From Candidatus Nanopelagicales bacterium (GTDB taxonomy: Bacteria > Actinomycetota > Actinomycetes > S36-B12): DNA of 43,401 bases. The DNA lies in assembly GCA_044336805.1 (NCBI GenBank), contig JBIIOS010000001.1, forward strand, positions 1 through 43,401. Reading direction: 5' to 3'. Below the pieces are notes generated by a model, which saw only the letters and a list, made by a program, of their open reading frames with translations, ran no database searches and had not been told where the DNA came from. Shown piece after piece: positions 19,084 through 28,258 of the stretch (positions are counted from its first letter, which is position 1; each line of letters starts with the position of its first letter). A program made the position numbers and the translations under genes.

Positions 19084-19565
19084 ACGCGCCGCAAACTGTG
19101 ATGGCAATCAATTTCGTCGTAAATGGAGTTCAGGTTGCGCGAGAAGTTGAGGTGCGCACACTCCTGTCGACTTTTTTGAGAGATGATTTGGGGCTCACTG
19201 GCACACACGTTGCCTGTGAGCATGGTGTCTGTGGCTCGTGCACGATTCTTGTCGATAGTCAGTCGGTCCGGTCCTGCCTCCTCTTGGCGGTGCAGGTGGA
19301 CGGCGCTAACATCGAGACGGTTGAAGGATTGGGAAGCCAGGGCTCACTTAGCCCACTTCAAGATGCCATGTGGCGCGAGCATGGTCTGCAATGTGGTTTT
19401 TGCACACCGGGAATTCTCATGTCGATTGAAGGCGAGGCGCGCTCAGGTGCATCCGCAGAAGCCATTTGCGATGAAGTTCTCTCTGGCCATTTGTGCAGGT
19501 GTACTGGCTACCAAAATATCCGCACCGCGATTCATGCCTACTTTGCAACGAAGGATGAATCATGA
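19080..19565 (+). CDS. [2Fe-2S]-binding small subunit (CoxS-like)
   Basis: CEHGVCGSC, CGFCTPGIL and CRCTGYQNI. ATGA overlap on both sides. Confidence 0.9.
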   Translation: MNAPQTVMAINFVVNGVQVAREVEVRTLLSTFLRDDLGLTGTHVACEHGVCGSCTILVDSQSVRSCLLLAVQVDGANIETVEGLGSQGSLSPLQDAMWREHGLQCGFCTPGILMSIEGEARSGASAEAICDEVLSGHLCRCTGYQNIRTAIHAYFATKDES

Positions 19566-21913
19566 CTGCATCAATTGACGCCCAGCGACCAAGTCTTGTT
19601 GGTTCCAGTGTTCGACGGGTTAATGACCCCAGACTCCTGACTGGCTCTGGTCGGTTCGTAGACGATATCTCTCTGCCAGGAACGTTACATGCATTCATCC
19701 TCCGCAGCACGGTCGCGCACGGCCGGTTGATCAGTTTTGATTCTGGCGATTCACCTGCAGACATCGTTTTGGGTCCGGACGATATTGCAGCCTCTACTGA
19801 GCCACTTCCGTTTGTTTGGATCGCACCTGATCAACAGCACCTGAGCCTTCCAATGGGTGACAAAACCGTGAGGTATGTAGGTCAACCGCTGGGTATAACC
19901 GTGGCGAGGACGAGGGCTGCGGCAGAAGATGCGGCCGAATTAGTTGAGATGACCATCGATCAGTTTCCGGGAGTGGCTGATTCATTGGCAGCTCTTGAAG
20001 CAGATGCTCCGCTGCTCTATCCGGATCATGGGTCAAATCTTGCTGTTGATTTCAATATCGGTGATGACCCTGACGTCCTGGAGGCGGCGATGGCCGCTGC
20101 ACCGATCATTGTGAGTCGACGACTGCGGATTCCGAGGATCGCACCGATTCCCATGGAAACTAGAGGCGTTTTGGCTGATTGGAATGTTGGCACCGAGACC
20201 CTGACCGTATGGATGTCGACCCAAACCCCACATCACGTCCGCGACCAATTAGCCCATGTCTTACGCCTGAGAATTGACCAGGTCCGGATCATTTCCGGTG
20301 ACGTAGGTGGAGGATTTGGAGCGAAGGAACATCTGTACCCCGACGAAGTCATGGTCTGCTTGGCAGCTATTCGTTTGGGTGTTCCGGTCAAATGGGTTGA
20401 GGACAGAAACGAACATTTCACGGCAACTTGTCATGCCCGAGATGCGGTTCATGACGCCAGACTCGCTATGACGCAAGATGGCGTCTTCCTGGCAATTCAC
20501 ACAAAGGTGACGGGTAATTTAGGTGCCCATTTCTCAAATGTTGGAACCGGCCCGTTCAGGGTTTCCGGTCTCATGCTCCCGGGCCCCTACCGTGTGGTCA
20601 ATGCTGGAGCGAAGATTTCGGGTGTCTTTACCAACACGACCCCAACCGGTGCCTATCGAGGCTTTGGCATGCAGGAGGCAGCGTGGGTCAGAGAGCGGCT
20701 AGTTGATGAGGCAGCTCGAGAATTAGGTGTTGATCCATTGGAACTTCGCCTTCGCAATGTGATCAGCTCAGAGGAGTTACCTCACCTGACGCCGACATTC
20801 CAGGAATACGACTCGGGAGACTATGCCCGCAGTTTGACCATGGTGAGAGATCGAGTCCGGGAACACGTCCCCATCGTTGACCCGAATCCGCGCATTCGAC
20901 GAGGAATTGGCTTCGCTACCCATGTTGAGTTCACGGGCTTAGGGCCAAGTGTGATGCAGGAGATTGTGGGATTCCGCCTCGGTGGCTATGAGACCGCCAT
21001 CGTCCGGATGGAGCCCGATGGCAGTGTCTACGTCTCGTCAGGCGTCATGGGCATGGGTCAGGGGATTGAAACGACCCTGGCGCAGTTGGCGGCGGATTGT
21101 CTCGGGGTTGAAATGGGAAGAGTAAGTGTTCACCTCGGCGATACGGCTCAGGCGCCCTACTCCGCTGCAGGGTCAATTGCCAGCAGGTCAATGACCGTAG
21201 GAGGTGGCGCGGTTGTCAGGGCAGCCAACACTCTTCGCGAGAAAATATTGCGAATTGCCGCACATCGTTTAGAAGCAAGTGCCCAAGACCTCGTCATCAC
21301 AGAAGGTCGAGTGTGCATCAAGGGTGATTCATCGGTCGGGATAAGCCTCGAGGAATTAGCTGAGTATTCATGGCTGGGATGGAAGTTGCCAGAAGGCGAG
21401 ACCCCGGATCTTGAAGTCAAATTTGTTCATGATCCCACGAACATCAGTTACCCGTATGCGACTCATGCGGCAGCAGTGGCAGTAAATCTTGACACAGGGC
21501 AGATCCAAATCGAGCGTTACTGGGTCGCCCACGACAGTGGAGTTGTTGTGAACCCACAGATTGTTGATGGCCAAATTGCGGGAGGTGTTGCCCAGGGGTT
21601 GGGGATTGCGCTCTTTGAAAAGGTTCTCTACGAAGAGAATGGTCAGCCGAATAGCACGACGTTTCTTGACTATCTCATCCCACTTGCCAGCGATGTTCCA
21701 GACATCGTGATGGATCACTATGTAACACCTGCTCCGCACATTCCTGGTGGCATGAAGGGTGTCGGAGAGGGAGGCACCATTGTCGCTCCAGTTGCCATAG
21801 GGAATGCGGTGGCGGCTGCCGTGCCAGAAATCGCCGGTCTGATTCTGGAAACTCCATTGTCGCCGGGGCGGTTGTGGGAACTTCTCCGCATAGGTGGCTT
21901 AATCAATGAGTAA
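19562..21913 (+). CDS. molybdopterin-binding large subunit (CoxL-like, not a CO-dehydrogenase type)
   Basis: 783 aa with GDVGGGFGAKE, TPTGAYRGFGMQE and GVGEGGTI. It lacks the VAYRCSFR form-I CODH loop. Confidence 0.9.
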   Translation: MTASIDAQRPSLVGSSVRRVNDPRLLTGSGRFVDDISLPGTLHAFILRSTVAHGRLISFDSGDSPADIVLGPDDIAASTEPLPFVWIAPDQQHLSLPMGDKTVRYVGQPLGITVARTRAAAEDAAELVEMTIDQFPGVADSLAALEADAPLLYPDHGSNLAVDFNIGDDPDVLEAAMAAAPIIVSRRLRIPRIAPIPMETRGVLADWNVGTETLTVWMSTQTPHHVRDQLAHVLRLRIDQVRIISGDVGGGFGAKEHLYPDEVMVCLAAIRLGVPVKWVEDRNEHFTATCHARDAVHDARLAMTQDGVFLAIHTKVTGNLGAHFSNVGTGPFRVSGLMLPGPYRVVNAGAKISGVFTNTTPTGAYRGFGMQEAAWVRERLVDEAARELGVDPLELRLRNVISSEELPHLTPTFQEYDSGDYARSLTMVRDRVREHVPIVDPNPRIRRGIGFATHVEFTGLGPSVMQEIVGFRLGGYETAIVRMEPDGSVYVSSGVMGMGQGIETTLAQLAADCLGVEMGRVSVHLGDTAQAPYSAAGSIASRSMTVGGGAVVRAANTLREKILRIAAHRLEASAQDLVITEGRVCIKGDSSVGISLEELAEYSWLGWKLPEGETPDLEVKFVHDPTNISYPYATHAAAVAVNLDTGQIQIERYWVAHDSGVVVNPQIVDGQIAGGVAQGLGIALFEKVLYEENGQPNSTTFLDYLIPLASDVPDIVMDHYVTPAPHIPGGMKGVGEGGTIVAPVAIGNAVAAAVPEIAGLILETPLSPGRLWELLRIGGLINE

Positions 21914-23441
21914 CTCTGAAGCGCTTGTTGCTGAGCAAGTAACCAAGGCGTTCGGCGATGCCCTTGCATTAAAATCTGTGAATTTCACGTGTAATGCCGG
22001 CGAAGTGCATGCGCTCTTGGGAGAAAACGGTGCGGGTAAGAGCACCCTCGTAAAGATTCTCACGGGTGCGATGGTGCCGGATGCAGGGAAGATAGTTGTT
22101 GATGGAAGGAGTCACAACTTTCGAAGTCCACTTGAAGCTCAGGCTGCTGGGATCGGCGTGGTCTACCAAGATTTCCAACTTTTCCCAAGGTTAACTGTCG
22201 CGGAGAACATTTGTGCCGCTTCCGTCGGTGACGTCTCGCGTGCCGGGTTCCTATCGCGACGCCGGATGAATGAAAAGGCCGAAGGAATTCTTGCGAACTT
22301 CGGTATTGATGTCGATCCTCGACGTGAAGTTCGCACTCTAGATGCGGCAGAGCGAAAATTGGTTGAGATCTCTCGCGCACTTCAGAGTGATCCACAGTAC
22401 CTGTTCCTTGATGAACCAACGGCAGCGCTTGAACCGAAGGAAACGCATCGACTTCTCTCAATGATTGATCGACTTCGAGAGCATGGCAAGGGAATAATTC
22501 TGGTAACCCATCGCCTACAGGAGATCAGTGAAGTGGCTAATCGAGCTACTGCACTTCGCGATGGTGAATATGCAGGGACTCTGAGTCGTGACCAGTTCTC
22601 TCGAGAGGCTCTGTCAGAGCTCGTTGTGGGTAGGTCGGTTGAGCAACATCGAGGTCCAGGCCACGCGCCAGGCGAAGTCCGTATGCGACTGCGAGGTTTG
22701 AGGGTGCGCGAGGGTTCCACTGAGATTGACATATCAGTGTGCGAGCGGGAGTTAGTGGCTGTCGTTGGACTTATCGGCTCTGGGGTCCCGAACATCATGA
22801 AAGTTGCCGGTGGTGCAGTAGCGACACCCAAGGGAGCATCAATCTATCTTGATGGCGCTGACCTTGAATTGCATGGTCCCTCCGATGCCCAGAGCAGAGG
22901 AATCGGCTTTGTGAGTGATGACCGTAAAGGTCAAGGAATTATTGCGAAGCGCTCAGCCGCGGAGAACATTGCACTGCCATCGCTGAGTCGTTTCGGCGGG
23001 CCTTTCGTGCATCGCGACGCCTTTCGCAAGGCGGCTGACAACTGTCAATCAACTTTTGATATTCGGTGGAGTTCCCCGGACCAGGCGGTCGGTTCACTTT
23101 CCGGGGGAAACCAGCAAAAAGTAGTACTCAGCCGATGGCAGGTTCGTGGGTCCACTTTGTTAGTGATCCAGGAACCATCCCAAGGCGTGGATATAGGTGC
23201 TCGTTTACAAATTCATGAGTACCTCGTGGAGTTTGCAAAGTCTGGCGGTGCTGTCCTGTTTTCAAGTTCAGACCTAGATGAAGTAAGAGACATTGCTCAT
23301 CGCATTTATGTAATTCACTCTGGTGAAGTTGTTGCTGAGTTCGTCAACAGCAGCGACCATCCTGTTACCCGAGGCCAACTTGCGCAAGCTATGGCGGCCA
23401 TGATCGATAGTGATGAGAAACAAGGAGTTTTTAATGACTGA
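21906..23441 (+). CDS. CUT2-type (ribose/monosaccharide-like) ABC transporter ATP-binding protein, tandem NBDs
   Basis: Walker A GENGAGKST, signature-like region and Walker B LFLDEPTAAL in NBD1. NBD2 has a degenerate loop GLIGSGVPN and LSGGNQQK, as in RbsA/MglA-type proteins. It overlaps the hydroxylase large-subunit gene by 8 nt. Confidence 0.9.
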   Translation: MSNSEALVAEQVTKAFGDALALKSVNFTCNAGEVHALLGENGAGKSTLVKILTGAMVPDAGKIVVDGRSHNFRSPLEAQAAGIGVVYQDFQLFPRLTVAENICAASVGDVSRAGFLSRRRMNEKAEGILANFGIDVDPRREVRTLDAAERKLVEISRALQSDPQYLFLDEPTAALEPKETHRLLSMIDRLREHGKGIILVTHRLQEISEVANRATALRDGEYAGTLSRDQFSREALSELVVGRSVEQHRGPGHAPGEVRMRLRGLRVREGSTEIDISVCERELVAVVGLIGSGVPNIMKVAGGAVATPKGASIYLDGADLELHGPSDAQSRGIGFVSDDRKGQGIIAKRSAAENIALPSLSRFGGPFVHRDAFRKAADNCQSTFDIRWSSPDQAVGSLSGGNQQKVVLSRWQVRGSTLLVIQEPSQGVDIGARLQIHEYLVEFAKSGGAVLFSSSDLDEVRDIAHRIYVIHSGEVVAEFVNSSDHPVTRGQLAQAMAAMIDSDEKQGVFND

Positions 23442-24417
23442 AGTACGCATGGATACCTCTGCAATAGACCGTTCCTCTCGGCGCAAGCTGCGTGTGCCTT
23501 TTGATGCAGCCTTCGTTCCATCCATCATCATCATCTTGCTTGTGATTTTGTCTGTGGCTTCACCTGTCTTTCTCAGCTCGCGCAACCTCGCCCAGATCTT
23601 GTTGCAGATCTCGACTCTGGGTATCGCGGCGGTCGGTGCGACATTCGTCATCATAAGTGGAGATTTAGATCTTTCGATTGGTGCAAATGTTGCAGTATCA
23701 GGGGTCATCACGGCCATAGCGACCATGAATTGGTTCGGTGGCAACTGGGTCCTTGGCGTTGCACTTGGTATTGGTTGCGGGGTTTTTATTGGATTGGTCA
23801 ATGGTTTTCTTTCAGCAATCCTTCGAGTACCGGCTTTCATCGCGACTCTAGGCGTGGGAGTTATCGCAGGCGGGCTTGCGCTGTGGCTGACTAATGGACT
23901 CACGGTGTCCGGACTGCCGGAAGATTTCGCCGCCTTGGCAACAACGAATTTTCTCGGTCTGCAGAGTTTGGTGTGGTTCATGCTTGCGACGTTCCTCATT
24001 GGCGGAATCGTGCTGCATTTCACCAACCATGGCCTTCGAACATTTGCCGTAGGAGGCAATAGGGAAGCAGCTTTTCTCTCTGGCGTTCCAGTTTCTCGGG
24101 TGCGTATTACAAATTTTGTCATAGCTGGACTCTGCGCAGGGCTTGCCGGAGTTCTGCTCACGGCTCGAGTACAAGCGGGTCAACCGAGCATTAGTACGAC
24201 ACTCACCCTTTATGCGACGGCTGCTGTAATTCTCGGTGGCACATCACTTCTTGGCGGTGAGGGATCCATGCTCAGGACGTTCTTTGGCGTCCTCCTGATC
24301 GGTGTCGTACAGAACGGCCTCGACATTTTGCGCGTCGATTATGCGCTGAAGGAAGTCGCGGTCGGCACAGTCTTCGTCCTCGCAGCAGCCTCTGAGGCTC
24401 TGAGGCGAAGGAGGTGA
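23434..24417 (+). CDS. CUT2-type ABC transporter permease (RbsC-like, BPD_transp_2)
   Basis: About 10 TM helices, with DLSIGA and TGGR-like motifs typical of RbsC-family permeases. The ATG at 23434 follows AAGGAG and overlaps the ATPase stop by 8 nt. Confidence 0.85.
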   Translation: MTEVRMDTSAIDRSSRRKLRVPFDAAFVPSIIIILLVILSVASPVFLSSRNLAQILLQISTLGIAAVGATFVIISGDLDLSIGANVAVSGVITAIATMNWFGGNWVLGVALGIGCGVFIGLVNGFLSAILRVPAFIATLGVGVIAGGLALWLTNGLTVSGLPEDFAALATTNFLGLQSLVWFMLATFLIGGIVLHFTNHGLRTFAVGGNREAAFLSGVPVSRVRITNFVIAGLCAGLAGVLLTARVQAGQPSISTTLTLYATAAVILGGTSLLGGEGSMLRTFFGVLLIGVVQNGLDILRVDYALKEVAVGTVFVLAAASEALRRRR

Positions 24418-24481
24418 ACCTTTCAAGTTCACTGAACATCGGTGTACACGCATTAACCAATTAGTTGAAGGAGTCAAAGGT

Positions 24482-25543
24482 ATGAATCGAATGAGAAATA
24501 GAAGGGTATGGACGGGTTCAATTGCAGCCTTGTCCATGACTCTTGTACTTGCAGGTTGCTCATCGAGCGGTTCTGACGAGGCAACAAGTGCTGAAGCTAC
24601 CGTCTCTGAAGAGGCAGTAGCTGCTGAATCATCAGCCGGGGAAGCCGCTTCTGAAGGTGAGCCACTCACCATTGGGGTAAGCTTCTATTCGCAGCAGATT
24701 CCGTTGTTCGTTGAAATGCTCGAAGGCGTTAACGACCTAGCGGCAGAGTTGGGCGTTGAAATCATCTTTGCTGACGGTGGCGGAAGCGCCGAGGAGCAGA
24801 CCAATCAGATCGAAAACATGATCACCAGCGGCGTAGATGCAATTATCGCGTCTCCTGTTGATGCCGCCGCAATGGTGCCTGCTTACCAGAGTGCAGCAGC
24901 GGCAGGTATTCCGATCTTCTCTGCAGCGAACAAGGTCGCCGATGAGTACGAGACTGGTTTCGTTGGTCCCGACTTGGTCGGATACGCGGCCCAGACTATG
25001 GATCGCATCATCGAGTGCATGGGTGGTGAGGGCGAACTGGTGCTCATTACCGGGCCACCACAGATCTCATTCGTGCAGCTTCAGCAAATGGGCTGGGATG
25101 CTTCGCTCGAAAAGAATCCTGGTATCAAGGTTGTCCAGACTCTTGTTGACGAGGATCTTTCAACCGCAAAAGCTGTCGACCTTGCCAACGCCGCTTTGAC
25201 GGCTAATCCCAATGCCACTGGAATTTTGAGCAGCACGGACAACATTGGTGTCGGTGTTGAGCAGGCAATTAAGGGCCAGGGCATCGATCCTAAGACGATT
25301 TGCACTGCGGGTTGGGATGCACAGCCGAATGCAATCGAATTGGTCAAGGCAGGGTCATACGACCTGACTCTCTCCTACCTTTCATACAAGTGGGGACAGA
25401 TCGCACTTGAAACAGCGATCGCAGCCGCTAAGGGCACATTTCCTGAGTCACATTATGTCGTTACCGATGGTCTCTTCATTGACTCATCGAACGTTAATAA
25501 TTTGACTGCCGATCAAATCAAGGGCAAGACACCAATCTCTTAG
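24482..25543 (+). CDS. periplasmic-binding-protein type I (RbsB-like) solute-binding lipoprotein
   Basis: Lipobox LAGC-SSSG, an acidic Ser/Ala-rich linker, then a typical PBP-I pattern (IGVSFYSQQIPLFVEM..., VDAIIASPVD). Confidence 0.85.
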   Translation: MNRMRNRRVWTGSIAALSMTLVLAGCSSSGSDEATSAEATVSEEAVAAESSAGEAASEGEPLTIGVSFYSQQIPLFVEMLEGVNDLAAELGVEIIFADGGGSAEEQTNQIENMITSGVDAIIASPVDAAAMVPAYQSAAAAGIPIFSAANKVADEYETGFVGPDLVGYAAQTMDRIIECMGGEGELVLITGPPQISFVQLQQMGWDASLEKNPGIKVVQTLVDEDLSTAKAVDLANAALTANPNATGILSSTDNIGVGVEQAIKGQGIDPKTICTAGWDAQPNAIELVKAGSYDLTLSYLSYKWGQIALETAIAAAKGTFPESHYVVTDGLFIDSSNVNNLTADQIKGKTPIS

Positions 25544-25570
25544 CCCAAGTTAGTTCAGCGTAGGTGTGGT

Positions 25571-25597
25571 GTGGTGGCGTCAATCCGACGTCACCAC
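25571..25597 (+). terminator. stem-loop after the ABC transporter genes (possible weak or attenuating terminator)
   Basis: GTGGTGGCGTC-AATCC-GACGTCACCAC gives an 11-bp stem with one G-U pair and a 5-nt loop. Only a short CGTTT tract follows, so this call is tentative. Confidence 0.4.
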
Positions 25598-25667
25598 ATC
25601 GCCGTTTGAGCGGCGTTATCGGTTCGATGCTCCGTAGTGTGAGCACAATCTGGCGAAGGAGTAACGC

Positions 25668-26705
25668 ATGGCCAATTTTGACTTTGATTCAATACCTGCA
25701 TTTCGGTCCGGGTCGCCACCTCAGTATCTCGGGTACCACGAGGAGGTTGATTTTCTCGATGAAATTGAAGCCGTCTGGGGTCAAAAGTGGGGCGCGCAAG
25801 GAATCGGGCGATTACGCCAGGTAGCGATGAGTACTCCCACGGCGGTGGAGGTTCTTGCCGAGTACGACCTCGAGCGAGCGTTCTTCCTTTATGGCGGAGA
25901 TTTACCGAACCTTGAATTAATGCAAGAGCAGCATGCCGGACTTATGGCGGCCTATCGTGATCTCGGCATAGATGTCCGCATTTTTAAATACCCTGAAAGT
26001 CCCAAGTCAGCCTATGGCCCACTCAAGCGTGCAGTGTCGGCCGCCGCAGGTTTCGTGATAAATGGCGGAGCTGTGATTGCCAGGGAGGGAGCTCCATACT
26101 GGCGCGGCCGCTCGCGGTACGTGTCACAGTACCTGCAGTCCATCAACTGCCCGATCCTGCTCACAGTGCACGGCAAGGGAGTCTGTGAAGGCGGCGCATT
26201 CACTCGGATGGCTGATGACTTCATCATCGCAATGCTGAGCCAGGACTGTAATCAAGAGGGAATTGATCAAGTTCGGCCGGTGCTCGAGCGCGCTGGCTAT
26301 CGTGTCTGGATCGCCCGATCACCCGGGCCTTTGCACAACTATCATCCGGAGATTTTCGGATGGATGCACGCTGATATGTGGATTGCACCTTTGGACCGTC
26401 GACTTGCATTGGTATACCCGCCGTGGTGTGACTTTGAGACACTCAGGTACTTGCACTCGATTGGTTACGAGCTCATTGAGGCCGATCGCGGGGAGATGGA
26501 GTCTGTGGCAGCAGCAAATCTCATTACTATTGAGCCCAATGTGGTCCTGATGTCAAGTGGAGCTCCGCGCACACGGCAACTGCTTGAAAAGAAGGGGGTC
26601 GAAGTGATCGAAGTGCCCTACGACGAAGTGATCAAGTACGGTGGCGGGATCCGCTGCACGACAATGCAACTAGTTCGTGACGCCGGCCCATCTGTCTTCG
26701 AGTAG
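25668..26705 (+). CDS. guanidino-group-modifying (pentein) superfamily enzyme: amidinotransferase / arginine-deiminase / DDAH-like
   Basis: C-terminal GGGIRCTTMQL, the catalytic-Cys context typical of this fold, plus an upstream His/Asp context (WMHADMW). 345 aa, with AAGGAG before the ATG. Confidence 0.7.
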   Translation: MANFDFDSIPAFRSGSPPQYLGYHEEVDFLDEIEAVWGQKWGAQGIGRLRQVAMSTPTAVEVLAEYDLERAFFLYGGDLPNLELMQEQHAGLMAAYRDLGIDVRIFKYPESPKSAYGPLKRAVSAAAGFVINGGAVIAREGAPYWRGRSRYVSQYLQSINCPILLTVHGKGVCEGGAFTRMADDFIIAMLSQDCNQEGIDQVRPVLERAGYRVWIARSPGPLHNYHPEIFGWMHADMWIAPLDRRLALVYPPWCDFETLRYLHSIGYELIEADRGEMESVAAANLITIEPNVVLMSSGAPRTRQLLEKKGVEVIEVPYDEVIKYGGGIRCTTMQLVRDAGPSVFE

Positions 26706-26719
26706 CGAGGAATAAATCT

Positions 26720-27472
26720 GTGATCCAACCCAACCGCCCACGTCGCATACTTGTGACGGGAGGCGCTTCAGGCATTGGCTTGGCAGTCGTGCGCGCATTT
26801 AAGGACGAAGGAGACTTCGTGGTCTCCCTTGACCTAGCAGAATCTGCCGCTGCATCAGAGAGCGTGATCGGCGACGTTCGAGATTTTCAATCTCATGAGC
26901 AAGCGGTTGCAGTTGCCAGCGGGGAGGTCGGGCTCGACGTTCTGGTCGTGAATGCTGGTATCCACGATGGAGGTCTTGGATTGCACTCAGATGTTGATGA
27001 ACTCTCGTCAGGTCTTCGCGCGGTGCTAGAGGTTGATGTTGTGGGATATGTACTTGCGTTGCGCGCTGCGGCCGCGGATCTCAAAGCGGCGTCGGGGGTT
27101 GCACTTCTCACACTCTCGGACGCTTCTTTTCTATCTGGCCAAACTGGGGCCGGAATCGCCTATACCGCGGCTAAACATGCCCAGGTTGGAATTCTTATGT
27201 GGGCTGCCCGGGATCTGGCCCCAGATGTCCGGGTTAATGGAGTTGCGCCCGGTGGTGTCATTACCGGTCTGCGCGCCGTCGATAAAGATGGCGGCAGGCC
27301 CCTGTTTGCAGATGCGCAAGCCAAACGGGACCTTGTCGCTTCCCGCAACCCACTAGGAACGGTGCTTGAGCCTGATGAAGTTGCGCAAATCTTTGTATGG
27401 CTCGCTTCGTCCGCAGCTCGAGGTATGACGGGTCAAATCATTCGCCCCGATGGCGGTTTGGTGGTTCGGTGA
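26720..27472 (+). CDS. SDR-family oxidoreductase
   Basis: VTGGASGIGLA dinucleotide motif, NAG and YTAAKHA (YxxxK). Confidence 0.85.
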   Translation: MIQPNRPRRILVTGGASGIGLAVVRAFKDEGDFVVSLDLAESAAASESVIGDVRDFQSHEQAVAVASGEVGLDVLVVNAGIHDGGLGLHSDVDELSSGLRAVLEVDVVGYVLALRAAAADLKAASGVALLTLSDASFLSGQTGAGIAYTAAKHAQVGILMWAARDLAPDVRVNGVAPGGVITGLRAVDKDGGRPLFADAQAKRDLVASRNPLGTVLEPDEVAQIFVWLASSAARGMTGQIIRPDGGLVVR

Positions 27473-28245
27473 CCTCTCGCCGAATGGTTGTTACGGGCGC
27501 CTCATCGGGTATCGGAAGGGCGTTAGCAGTGCAGGGCGCCCTTTCTGGCTGGAATGTCGTACTCGTCGGCAGGGATCGTGATCGACTCACAAGCGTTGTG
27601 TCGGACCTGTCACCCGGCGACCACGAAATCCTCGTTGCTGATCTCTCACATCGTGAAGGGATAGACATCGTCGTTGCGCGACTCCGTGACGAAGCATTGC
27701 CGTGTACAGGAATTATCAATGCAGCAGGTATGGGAACCACGTACTCGTATCCCTTTGGTCCTCTTGACGATGAAAAACTCATGCTCACACTCAACGTCGA
27801 AGCAGTACTTGAGCTGTCTCAGGTTGCAGCAGAAGTGTTTTGCGCGAGAGGTTCTGGTGTCATCATGAACGTATCTTCAACCGCGGCTTACTGGTCTGCT
27901 GGAACCTATGCTGCATCAAAGACATGGGTACTGGCAGCCACACAAGGACTTGCCGTGCAGTGTAAATCCCATGGCGTTCAAGTGCTGACTCTCATCCCCG
28001 GGTTCACAAGAACGGAATTTCACGAACAGAGTGGGATCGATGCGAGCGGTGTTCGCCCATGGATGTGGCTTTCAGCGGGCGAAGTGGCTCGAGCCGCCTT
28101 TGCTGACCTCGAGTTGGGTCGGTCAGTATCCATACCGGGCTGGCGATATCGACTTCTTGTAGGTACGGTCCGTCATCTTCCGCCAACCGGTCGCAGCCGA
28201 GTGCTTCGCTGGCTTGCTCCTCTGGCGCCACGCGCTGCTGAATAA
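27469..28245 (+). CDS. SDR-family oxidoreductase
   Basis: VVTGASSGIGRA and YAASKTW. GTG at 27469 makes a GTGA overlap with the upstream stop; ATG 27484 is an alternative start. Confidence 0.8.
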   Translation: MTSRRMVVTGASSGIGRALAVQGALSGWNVVLVGRDRDRLTSVVSDLSPGDHEILVADLSHREGIDIVVARLRDEALPCTGIINAAGMGTTYSYPFGPLDDEKLMLTLNVEAVLELSQVAAEVFCARGSGVIMNVSSTAAYWSAGTYAASKTWVLAATQGLAVQCKSHGVQVLTLIPGFTRTEFHEQSGIDASGVRPWMWLSAGEVARAAFADLELGRSVSIPGWRYRLLVGTVRHLPPTGRSRVLRWLAPLAPRAAE

Positions 28246-28258
28246 TTGGAGAAAGACT

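Noticed and set aside
19562-21913. The coxM-S-L order plus coxD/E/G neighbours suggested an aerobic CO dehydrogenase.
   Set aside because: The large subunit shows GAYRGFG instead of the form-I VAYRCSFR active-site loop (form II has AYRGAGR). The operon continues into an ABC importer, so I call it a generic XDH-family hydroxylase.
25564-25824. An 86-aa ORF spanning the gap after the ABC binding protein.
   Set aside because: It overlaps the well-supported start of the pentein-fold gene out of frame, has no RBS, and its first part covers the stem-loop.
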